Positions 18,630 to 27,228 of a stretch of 47,357 bases of DNA are shown piece by piece. The notes under the pieces were generated by a model. That model ran no database searches, had not been told where the DNA came from, and worked only from the letters and a program-made list of their open reading frames with translations. The position numbers were made by a program, and so were the translations under genes. Within the stretch, counting starts at the first letter, position 1. Every line of letters starts with the position of its first letter. Where the stretch lies: positions 1 through 47,357 of the forward strand of contig JAEXKM010000475.1 of the NCBI GenBank assembly GCA_023445705.1, in the 5' to 3' direction. The stretch comes from Pseudomonadota bacterium (lineage in GTDB: Bacteria; Pseudomonadota; Alphaproteobacteria; Caulobacterales; Caulobacteraceae).

Positions 18630-20332
18630 TCGCCTATCTGGCGATGGTCGGGGAGATCGGCGCGCCGCCCAACCCGGCCTGGCGATGCGTCTATAGCGGC
18701 CAGCGCGTTCGGGTCTTCCTGCGCGCAGGCGCCAAGGATCCTCTCGCCGGATATCGACTCCAGGCAGGCTACTGCATTGGCCGGACTGCGGACGCCGCGA
18801 TCGCCGCCCAGGATCTGACATCCACCTGGGGCGCCTTCGTCTCGATCACCGAGGATGAAGGGTCCGTGGCGGTGCAGCGCGATCCCAGCGGCCGAATCCC
18901 GGCCTTCGTAGCCAGGACTGAAGGCGGCTACGTTGTGGCCTCGCATCTGGACGACCTGCTGACCGCCGCGCCGAGCGCACGGCAGATCGATTGGGACTAT
19001 GTCGCCTTCACGATGGTCGGGGGCCATCTGCCCGCCGCACGCACCGGGATGCGGGAGGTGCTTGAAATCCTTCCAGGCGAGCAGGTGCGCCTGGAAACGG
19101 CGGGCGCCGTCTCCAAACTCATCTGGCGACCAGCCGACTTCTATGAGCGACCGCACAGGTCCCTGCCCCAGGCTCGGCGGGCGATCCGCGAGGCGTGCGA
19201 GCTCGCCGCCGGCTTCTGGGCGGCGGCCTATCAGAACATTACGCTCGACCTTTCGGGAGGCTTGGATTCGGCCGCCATGCTGGGCCTCTTGGCCAACAGC
19301 CGCGCGAGCCCGCAGATCACATGCGTCAATCGCCGGACCGCTCACGCCGAGAGCGACGAGCGGCCCTATGCCCGAGCCGCTGCTCATCTCCACCAGTTGG
19401 AACTGATCGAAACATCCACCGACGCCGGCCCAGATGGATTTGCGCTGGGGGCCCGCGGCGCGCTGCAACCGCGCCCGACCCATGATCTGCTTCTCGGAAG
19501 CTTCGAGACCGCAGCGGCCGCCTGCGCCGGCGCCGCGGGCGCGCAGGCCTTCTTCACCGGCCGGGGCGGCGATCACCTGTTCTTCAGTGGCGTCCCTGCC
19601 TTGGCCGCGGCCGACCACCTGCGCAGGTTGGGCCACCCGCTCGCTCTGCCGAAGGTGGCCTACGAGCTCGCCCAGGCGAGCGGCTGCTCGATTTGGCGCG
19701 TTCTGCGCCAGAGCTGCAAGAGATCCTCGCCCGCCGAGCGGCTCGCAGGCCTGCTGACGCCGAACCCATTCCTATCGGAAGAGGCGACTGCAGGGCTTGA
19801 TCTGTCGAACTTCCTGCATCCATGGCTGCAAAGCGCGGCGCACGGCGCACCGCCCGCCAAGTTTGCGCAGATCGTCAATCTCGTGGAACTGCAGCGTCAC
19901 TATAGCCGCACCGGCCGCGCAGAGAGCATCGACGAGACCCATCCTTTCATCAGCCAGCCGGTGATCGAGGCGTGCCTTTCGACGCCCGCCGAGATGTTCG
20001 TGGCCGGGGGCTGGGAGCGCGGCTTGCAGCGTCAAGTCTTCGCCGACCTGATCCCCCGGGAAATCATGACCCGGCGCTCCAAAGGCGCCACAAGCAGCCA
20101 CGTCCTGCGCACCATATCCCACCACCTGGCCCAGCTTCGCCCGCTCTTGCTTGAGGGGGAGCTGAGCGGCCGCGGCATGCTCGACCGGGCGAGGGTGGAG
20201 GCCAGTCTGGACCGTCTCGCGCTCAAGGACGGCCGCTTTGCGGGGCGGCTGCTCTACGTCATCACAGCCGAATTGTGGGTGCGACGCGCCCAAGCGGCGA
20301 TCAACCGCCCGATGGACGAGCCACGGGTTTGA
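18626..20332 (+). CDS. Lasso cyclase C (asparagine synthetase-like)
   Basis: WGAFV, RDPSG, LSGGLDS, TGRGGDHLF, PFISQPVIEACL, RRSKG; ATGA coupling to B. Confidence 0.92.
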   Translation: MIAYLAMVGEIGAPPNPAWRCVYSGQRVRVFLRAGAKDPLAGYRLQAGYCIGRTADAAIAAQDLTSTWGAFVSITEDEGSVAVQRDPSGRIPAFVARTEGGYVVASHLDDLLTAAPSARQIDWDYVAFTMVGGHLPAARTGMREVLEILPGEQVRLETAGAVSKLIWRPADFYERPHRSLPQARRAIREACELAAGFWAAAYQNITLDLSGGLDSAAMLGLLANSRASPQITCVNRRTAHAESDERPYARAAAHLHQLELIETSTDAGPDGFALGARGALQPRPTHDLLLGSFETAAAACAGAAGAQAFFTGRGGDHLFFSGVPALAAADHLRRLGHPLALPKVAYELAQASGCSIWRVLRQSCKRSSPAERLAGLLTPNPFLSEEATAGLDLSNFLHPWLQSAAHGAPPAKFAQIVNLVELQRHYSRTGRAESIDETHPFISQPVIEACLSTPAEMFVAGGWERGLQRQVFADLIPREIMTRRSKGATSSHVLRTISHHLAQLRPLLLEGELSGRGMLDRARVEASLDRLALKDGRFAGRLLYVITAELWVRRAQAAINRPMDEPRV

Positions 20333-22733
20333 GATAGGTGTCGAACCAGTCGAGGGTGCGCTCCCAGGAATCGCGGATGTTTCCGGGGCCGGAGATGACG
20401 TGTTCCTCGCCCCAATAGCGGGCGAGCTGGACCGGAACGCCCAGGCGCGAGAGGCGCATGTAGAGGGCGTCAGCCGTGCGAAATCCGCTGGCGTCGAGGT
20501 CGCCCTGCAGCAGCAGCACCGGCGGCGACGCGGCGCCGATCCGATAGCGCGGACTTTTGGCGAGATAGGCTTCCAACTGCTCATGAGACGAGGACTGCAT
20601 CCGCAGGAAATAGGCTGCGTCATCCTCCAGCTCCGAGGCGTGGAAGGCATGGCGGCTCGGCGCGCAATCTTCGGCGTCGTAGGCCACGAAGGGATGGTCG
20701 CCGTAATAGACGAGATCGCCGAACGGCGCCGATGAGACCACCGCCGACAGGTCCGTCGATATCGAAGCGGCCGCGAGCGCGGAGTATCCGCCATAGGAGT
20801 GGCCATAAACGCCGACGCCGCCCGGTCTGGCGATCCCCTGGTCGATCAGCGCCTTGGCGAGGGCCTCGATCTGCCCACCGGCGGTTTCGAACGGGTCAAA
20901 CGGCTGCTGGCCAGGTGGAATAGGCATGCTCGGAATGGCGACGACGTAGCCGCTAGCGGTCAGCAGCCGTCGGTGAAAGCTTTGATAGTTGGTGGCGGCG
21001 AAGTGTCGGCCCAGGTCCCCTTTGGCCGCGTTCACCCGTGGATAGGCCTCGATCACCACCGGATAGGCGCGACCAGGACGATAGTCGTCTGGCAGCAGCA
21101 AGGCCGCGCCAAGGGGCTGGCCGAGCGCCTGGTAGGCGAGGGTTTTCGTCCGTTGAGGCCGTAGCTCGCGAAGGAAGCCGTTCAGCGCCATCAGCCGCCG
21201 CCTCGCCGCGCCCTCTGTCACCCAAAGTTCCAAGCCGTCCTCCTGCCTGCGCAGCCAGATCACTCGCCTTCCGTCGGGCGTGACCAGCTGCGCGCTTGCC
21301 CCGGACGCCGGAGCCGCCAGGGGCGTCATCTGAACGCTGCTTCCGGTCTGCCGCAGCAACCAGGTCTTCTCGCCGGCGGCGAGCAACATCACCGGGCTCG
21401 ACGTTGGCCGATCGGTCGGGAAAATCAGCCTTGAGGGGTGACGGGAAAGCCTGCGGCGCTCCTGGCCCTGTTCGTCCAGCAGCGCCGCGCCAGCTGGGCC
21501 GGCCACGACCACCTGGCCATCGTCCAGGCGTGCGACATCGACAAGCAGGTTGCGGACGTTGTTGTCCTCAACGTCGTGGGCGAAGAGGTCAGTCGGCAAT
21601 GGGCCAACCTCCTCCGGATCAAGCGCAGCAAGAGCCTCGGCCTGACTCGGCGAGGCCGCTTGCTGTGCGCGCACGCTCAATGAGCCCAGCGAAATCGAGG
21701 CGACGTAGTGGCGCCCATCGGGCGTGGCGATCGGCGCGCCGATAGCCTCCCCAGAACGACTCCACCACGGCTGGCGACGCACGCTGATGAAGCCGAGGTC
21801 GGTCAGTTGCCCATAACTGGCCCGCACGGCTCCTGCCTCAAGGTCGACGAGCTTCAGCTCGGTCTCGACGCGAGGATCGGTGTTGTAGGCATTCCAATTC
21901 AGCACGCCTTGAGACGGTTCTGCGCCCAATGGCCGGGGACGGGTCGCCAGGACCACGGCGGCCTTGCGCTTGTCTGGCGAGAGCGTGACGGCGCGGAGCG
22001 CGCCGGTCAGCAGTTCAGTCGTTTCCTGGCGACCGATCAGGGCCAGGCTGGCGTCAGCTTCGCAGACCGCCGGGCGCCGGGCGTCCCATACCGTGACCGC
22101 GCGCTCGCCTCGCCGGGTCCGGCCGGTCAGGTCGGCGTAGGGGGCGGCCGGATCGCCGACAGCACTCAGGACGTCGACCCGGCCAGCTGGCAGCAGGGCG
22201 GTGAGCAGTTCGCCCTCGCTGAGCCACCTCGCCCAGGCGCGGCCATGCGGCGGATAGGGCGAGGGGCTGCCGAAATTGGTCTCGAGCGCGACATTGCGGT
22301 CATCGAGGATGGTCAATTCGCCTGTAGCGACGTCGACCCTGGCGGCCCGCGTGTACGGCGAGCCCTGGTTGGTCAGGACCGCGAGGGAGGACCCGCCTGG
22401 GGACCAGATCGGGCTCCAGTAGGCGGCGTCCCCTACCCTTCGATTGAGCTGGCGGTTGGCCCCGGTCTCAAGGTCGATGATCACGATATCGGACCGGAAC
22501 TCGCCGTTCTGGTTGCGTGCGGCCGGCTCGGCCCGCGGGCGGCGGATCTCCACCGCCAACAGCCGTCCGGTGGGATCGGCGCGCATGACGCCGAAATCCT
22601 CCAGGGCGAGAAAGTCCTCGATGGTCGGCGCCCGCGGGGCTGCGAAGGCCGAGCCGCCGCCAGCGAACGTAAGCAGGCTCAGTCCAAGGCCCACGGCCCC
22701 GCTGATCGTTGCAAACCCTGACATGGCGCTCAC
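20301..22733 (-). CDS. S9 prolyl-oligopeptidase family, probable lasso isopeptidase
   Basis: Signal peptide, propeller region, GHSYGG nucleophile, QGDLD, EEHV; convergent with C as in astexin-type clusters. Confidence 0.85.
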   Translation of the reverse strand: MSAMSGFATISGAVGLGLSLLTFAGGGSAFAAPRAPTIEDFLALEDFGVMRADPTGRLLAVEIRRPRAEPAARNQNGEFRSDIVIIDLETGANRQLNRRVGDAAYWSPIWSPGGSSLAVLTNQGSPYTRAARVDVATGELTILDDRNVALETNFGSPSPYPPHGRAWARWLSEGELLTALLPAGRVDVLSAVGDPAAPYADLTGRTRRGERAVTVWDARRPAVCEADASLALIGRQETTELLTGALRAVTLSPDKRKAAVVLATRPRPLGAEPSQGVLNWNAYNTDPRVETELKLVDLEAGAVRASYGQLTDLGFISVRRQPWWSRSGEAIGAPIATPDGRHYVASISLGSLSVRAQQAASPSQAEALAALDPEEVGPLPTDLFAHDVEDNNVRNLLVDVARLDDGQVVVAGPAGAALLDEQGQERRRLSRHPSRLIFPTDRPTSSPVMLLAAGEKTWLLRQTGSSVQMTPLAAPASGASAQLVTPDGRRVIWLRRQEDGLELWVTEGAARRRLMALNGFLRELRPQRTKTLAYQALGQPLGAALLLPDDYRPGRAYPVVIEAYPRVNAAKGDLGRHFAATNYQSFHRRLLTASGYVVAIPSMPIPPGQQPFDPFETAGGQIEALAKALIDQGIARPGGVGVYGHSYGGYSALAAASISTDLSAVVSSAPFGDLVYYGDHPFVAYDAEDCAPSRHAFHASELEDDAAYFLRMQSSSHEQLEAYLAKSPRYRIGAASPPVLLLQGDLDASGFRTADALYMRLSRLGVPVQLARYWGEEHVISGPGNIRDSWERTLDWFDTYLKPVARPSGG

Positions 22734-25066
22734 CAGCGCTTGGTGAGATCGAGGGCGACCAGGCGGCCGACAGGGTCGGCGTTGGTCGTGTCGTAGCCGA
22801 GCGGTCCGCCATAGAAGGCGTCACGGACATAGGGCGGCGGCTCGTCGAGCGCGTTGCGGACAATCAGCGCGAGGGTTACGCCGCGCGTCAGGTCACCATG
22901 ATCGAAGGCGTAGGCGAGCCGCAGGTCGAGCGGCGCCCAGGCTCCGACCCGTCGATCCGGCAAGCCCTGCAGACGGTCGTCATAGGGTCCGACCAGATTG
23001 ATCGCTGCGTTCGCGGACCACGGACCGCTGTCGAAGCCCACCGCCGCGCGCAGACGCAGATCTGAGGGCCGGAAGGAAACCCCCGACCCGCTGACGCTCG
23101 GCCCGCCTGGCGCCGGGGTGTTCCGGTACTCGAAGAAGTAGGTCCCGCCGACCGAGGCGTTCGCCTGACCGCTCCCCAGCGCTCGAACATAGGTGAGCTC
23201 GAAGTCCGCCCCGCGGACTTTCGAGCGGGCGACATTGTTGAGACGCGCATCGGCGATCCGCTCGACCTCGGCCGGATTGGTGGTCGCCCCGGCGCCGGCC
23301 GAGACCCAGAAGGACTGCGCGTAGAGTTCCTCCACCTGCGCGATGCTCGGATTGTCCACGACATAGGCGCCGTAGATGGCCCGGTTGAACAACATCTCAC
23401 GCACGGAGGTGGCGATGCGGTCGATACGGTCGCGGTAATCATAGGCGAAATAGGTGGCGCTGAGCTTCAGGCCCGGCACGGCGGCGGCCTTGAGGTCAAA
23501 TCCGATCGTCCAGTTCGTCGAGCGCTCCGGCTCGAGCCCGCCCGGATTACTGCCGGTCAGGATCAGCGTCTTGCTGAAGCCGCTCGGCGCCAGCGGATCG
23601 GCCTGGACCGACACAAACGAGGACATGCCGCCTGGGGAGATCTCATCCAGCGCCGGCGCCTTGAACGAAGTGCCCCAGGTCGCCCGTAGCCTGAGGTCCT
23701 CAGAGGGCCGCCAGACCAACCCGAACTTCGGGTTCGTCACGTCCCCGTAGCCCTGGTAGCGGCTGGCCCGCAAGGCCAGGCTCGCGTCCAGCTCGCCGAT
23801 TGGGCCCCCTCGGGCCAAGGGGACCAGCAACTCACCAAAGCCGCTCACCTGGTCGGCGCTGGCGTCGGCGAGAAGATCGCCTTGGTCGTCATAGAGATAA
23901 CTCGAATTGGCGCCCTCAAGGCCGAATGCGGCGCGAACGGGCCCCGCAGGTCCTTCGAAGAGGACACCGGTGGCCTTGACCGTCGCGAACCAGCCGTCGG
24001 AGGCCTGACGACTTGTCAGCACTCGACTGCTCTTGAGCTGCATCGAATCGCGCCCTGCCTTGTCGCGGGAAAGCGATAGCGCGCCGGTGGCGGTCCAGGT
24101 TTCGCCAATACGCAGATCGGAACGCGCCAAGAAGAGCGAGAAACTCTTTCGCGAATCCATGAACTGGTTGATCTCGGCGGTGACGGTTCGTCGTTCGGAG
24201 TGCAGCACCGAACCCGATAGCCGCAACCGGCCGACCGTCTGGTCGGCCGAGGCGAAGAGCGAGCTGGACTTGGAGCGCGCGACCAGGGCCGCAGGCGAAG
24301 CGGCGTTGCGCGAGAACTCGCGGTCAGTCGCCTCGAGGGCGGTGTTCTCCAGATGCTCGGCTGCGAGGATGAGTCCGCCGCCGGCCCATTCCAGTCCGGC
24401 CGACTGGGATATGTCGTATTGTTGGTAGCCGCCTTTCGCCGCGCCGACGCGAACGTGGCTCTCGGCAGCCTCGCCGGGCGCCTTCAGCACATAGTTGATC
24501 ACCCCCGCAACAGCGTCCGACCCATAGGTCGCCGAGGCGCCGTCCGAGAGCACCTCGACCCTGCGCAGGGCGCTCATGGGTACGACCGACGCGTCGAAGA
24601 AGGTTCCAGCTCCCGTCGGCGCGACCCTTTGGCCATCGATCAGGGTGAGCGTCGCTCGCGCGCCCAGGCCGCGCAGGTTGGCCCCTGTCGCGTTGGTGTA
24701 ATTGGCGACCTGCTCGTAGGCGCCGGACTGCGGCCGCAGGGCGCCCACGCCGGCGAAGTTCTGCGGCAAGGTCGCCAGCAGTTCGGGGACTGACGCCAGC
24801 CCCCGCCGCTGGATCTCCTCGGCGGTGATGATGTCCACCGGCGAGGCGCCCGGTCCGCCGCCCTGGATGTTACTGCCCAAGATCACCAGTTCGGCGAGCG
24901 CGGGCGTGGTCGCCCGCGCCGCCTCCTCCGGGCTGGCGGGCGCCTGGCCCGTTTCGACCCCGTCCTGCGCACAGGCGTTCGATGCGGCGGCGAGCGACAG
25001 AGCTCCCGCCAGGATGAGGCCAAGCTGGTCTGCTTTTGACGCCTTGTACTGCAAAGGATCCCCCAA
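22730..25066 (-). CDS. TonB-dependent receptor
   Basis: ELVILGS TonB box, plug NLRGLG..TLTLIDG and VEVLSDGASATYGSDAVAGVIN, terminal Trp. Confidence 0.95.
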   Translation of the reverse strand: MGDPLQYKASKADQLGLILAGALSLAAASNACAQDGVETGQAPASPEEAARATTPALAELVILGSNIQGGGPGASPVDIITAEEIQRRGLASVPELLATLPQNFAGVGALRPQSGAYEQVANYTNATGANLRGLGARATLTLIDGQRVAPTGAGTFFDASVVPMSALRRVEVLSDGASATYGSDAVAGVINYVLKAPGEAAESHVRVGAAKGGYQQYDISQSAGLEWAGGGLILAAEHLENTALEATDREFSRNAASPAALVARSKSSSLFASADQTVGRLRLSGSVLHSERRTVTAEINQFMDSRKSFSLFLARSDLRIGETWTATGALSLSRDKAGRDSMQLKSSRVLTSRQASDGWFATVKATGVLFEGPAGPVRAAFGLEGANSSYLYDDQGDLLADASADQVSGFGELLVPLARGGPIGELDASLALRASRYQGYGDVTNPKFGLVWRPSEDLRLRATWGTSFKAPALDEISPGGMSSFVSVQADPLAPSGFSKTLILTGSNPGGLEPERSTNWTIGFDLKAAAVPGLKLSATYFAYDYRDRIDRIATSVREMLFNRAIYGAYVVDNPSIAQVEELYAQSFWVSAGAGATTNPAEVERIADARLNNVARSKVRGADFELTYVRALGSGQANASVGGTYFFEYRNTPAPGGPSVSGSGVSFRPSDLRLRAAVGFDSGPWSANAAINLVGPYDDRLQGLPDRRVGAWAPLDLRLAYAFDHGDLTRGVTLALIVRNALDEPPPYVRDAFYGGPLGYDTTNADPVGRLVALDLTKRW

Positions 25067-25107
25067 GATCTGTTGTCCTGGAGGAGAAGAGGGAGCGTGC
25101 GCAGAGA

Positions 25108-25686
25108 TCAGACAGTCGCACCGCTTGGGCAGCGCGGTTCGCAGCCGGCTCGTCCCCCTTCGTCGTAAGCGGCCAGACGCGCCGTGGCGCGCAGAATCTG
25201 CTTTTGCACCGCCGCTGTCGTCATCCCGAATTGATCTGCGATCTCGCGCTGACGAACGCCTTCGATCCGGAAGAGCAGGATGATTTTGCGGGTTCGCTCA
25301 TCGAGCTCTCCCAGCCCCCGGGCGACCTGAGCCAGCCGATCGCGCGCCATCAGGATGCGCTCTGGCGTGAGCGTCTCATGGGCGGCCAGCGGAATGGCCT
25401 CGTCGTCCAGGCTCGCCGCCCCGGCCATCGCCCGGCGCGAGGCGCAGTCGCGGTCGTCCCGGATCAAGCTGGCCGCGACCCGGAATACGAAACCATCCGG
25501 GTTGTCGACATAGTCTCGCTCGGCGCCCAGCAAGCGAAGGAAGGTTCTTTGGGTCAGTTCCTCGGCGCCGGAGCGATCCTGGCCACGGGAGAGAAAGAAA
25601 CTCATGAGCGCTCTGCGATAGCGCCCATCAAGCGTTTCCGGCGACAGCCGATTGAGACCGGGGGTTTGAACAAAGCACATAAGCAA
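25108..25686 (-). CDS. ECF sigma factor (FecI-like)
   Basis: Region 2 AEELTQRTFLRL; region 4 LDERTRKIILLFRIEG..QREIA. Confidence 0.85.
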   Translation of the reverse strand: MLMCFVQTPGLNRLSPETLDGRYRRALMSFFLSRGQDRSGAEELTQRTFLRLLGAERDYVDNPDGFVFRVAASLIRDDRDCASRRAMAGAASLDDEAIPLAAHETLTPERILMARDRLAQVARGLGELDERTRKIILLFRIEGVRQREIADQFGMTTAAVQKQILRATARLAAYDEGGRAGCEPRCPSGATV

Positions 25687-26166
25687 GCGGCCAGAGCGTG
25701 AATTTCCACGCGCTGACGCTTGAATTGACGCCGGCTCGCCTCAAGCAGGACCGACCATGTATTTCTCGCCTGACAGGCTCATTATAGTAATATTCTAGCA
25801 GGCCTCGAGCTTTCCCAGGCGTCGCCCGGATCTCCCTCTGGACGTCAACCTGATCCGCAACGACGGGGAATAGGAAATCCCAGATTCTCTATTCCGGGTG
25901 GAGGAATTCCACCTGCACAATGACTGTACAATCTAGGCTTGATGAGACACAGTCAGGGTTGAGGCAGGTGGCTCGATACCGTCTGTCTCCCGCGCAAATG
26001 CGTGTGGGAAGCACCGGCCCCTTCCTCGACCCTTGTCGGGCGGCCCGCGAAATACAAGACCGCCTGGAGCCGCCCAAGCTCCGGCTGGGAATACGCGGGG
26101 CGTGCTCACCCTGTGCTTCGCACGTATCGAACCGCCCGGCTTGGTCGCCGGCGGGCGCGGCGGAGC

Positions 26167-26637
26167 ATGGGAAATTTCGAAATGGCGCGACGACCGCGGG
26201 GCGACGCCCCGCATTACGTGGACCTCCACGTGGGAGGGCGGATTCGCAGTCGGCGACGAGCCCTGCGTTTGAGCATGGAGGCGCTGGCGACCGAACTCGG
26301 CGTCACGCACCAGGCCATGCAGAAATACGAAACCGGCGCCACGCGGGTGAGCGCCCCGATGCTCTATGAGATCGCGGGCGCGCTGAGGATCTGGGTGGGC
26401 GAGCTCTATGAGGGCTTGCCCAGCCCGGCCGACGTCTCGCGTCTGCCGCCGCGAACCCGCGACCAGGTCGAACGCTTCCTGGCCGCGCCTGGGGGCGCTG
26501 AGCTGATGAGCGCCTTTCTGGCCCTGCCGCGCAGCCTCCAGCGCCCCCTGGTGGACATGGCCCTGGCCTATGCCGGGATTGAATCCGACGAGACGCTCGC
26601 CCCGCCAGCGCCCACCCGGGTCAATGGCGCCCGATAG
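26167..26637 (+). CDS. XRE-family HTH regulator
   Basis: VDLHVGGRIRSRR...LGVT.Q.MQKYETG.TRVSA. Confidence 0.85.
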   Translation: MGNFEMARRPRGDAPHYVDLHVGGRIRSRRRALRLSMEALATELGVTHQAMQKYETGATRVSAPMLYEIAGALRIWVGELYEGLPSPADVSRLPPRTRDQVERFLAAPGGAELMSAFLALPRSLQRPLVDMALAYAGIESDETLAPPAPTRVNGAR

Positions 26638-26652
26638 AATATTCCGCTCCCA

Positions 26653-27228
26653 ATGGACGCGCGGACTCTCCCTGCTGAGACCAAGCAGGAGACGATGCTC
26701 ATGGAAGCGGCTGCGCCCGGATCGGTCTATTGGATCACCGGCCTGCCGGGTGTCGGCAAGTCGACCCTCGCGCGGCGGTTGACGCATCAGTTCACGGCGA
26801 TCGGCCAAGCCGTCGTGAGGCTGGATGGAGATCAGCTGCGGCCGATCATCGGCGCGCGCTACGGGTTCGGCCTGACCGACCGGCGCGCCATGGGAATGAT
26901 CTACGCCCGCCTCTGCGCCGAGCTGTCCGGCCAAGGCCTGCAGGTGATCTGCGCCACCGAGTCGATGCTTGCGGAGGTCCGCGCCTGGAACCGCGAGCAC
27001 ATCGCCGCCTATGTCGAGATCTATCTTCGGGCCTCGCCGGACATGCTCGCCGGCCGGGCTCCACGTGGGGTGATCGCCGCGGCCAAGGCTGGCCGGATGC
27101 GCAATGTGCTCGGCGTCGACCTGCCCTTTGAGGAGCCCGCCAGTCCTGACCTGGTCATCGAGGATGATGGCCGCCGATCGGCTGACGAGATCGCCGTCGA
27201 GGTTCTCAGCTGGCTGGCCGATCGATGA
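26653..27228 (+). CDS. Adenylylsulfate-kinase-like P-loop kinase
   Basis: YWITGLPGVGKST, LDGD.LR, YVEIYL, GVDLPFEEP..PDL. Start uncertain (26653-26701). Confidence 0.8.
   Translation: MDARTLPAETKQETMLMEAAAPGSVYWITGLPGVGKSTLARRLTHQFTAIGQAVVRLDGDQLRPIIGARYGFGLTDRRAMGMIYARLCAELSGQGLQVICATESMLAEVRAWNREHIAAYVEIYLRASPDMLAGRAPRGVIAAAKAGRMRNVLGVDLPFEEPASPDLVIEDDGRRSADEIAVEVLSWLADR

Noticed and set aside
26653..27228. Housekeeping cysC in sulfate assimilation
   Set aside because: No cysD/cysN/cysH nearby and it is coupled to an ABC exporter; left as APS-kinase-like.
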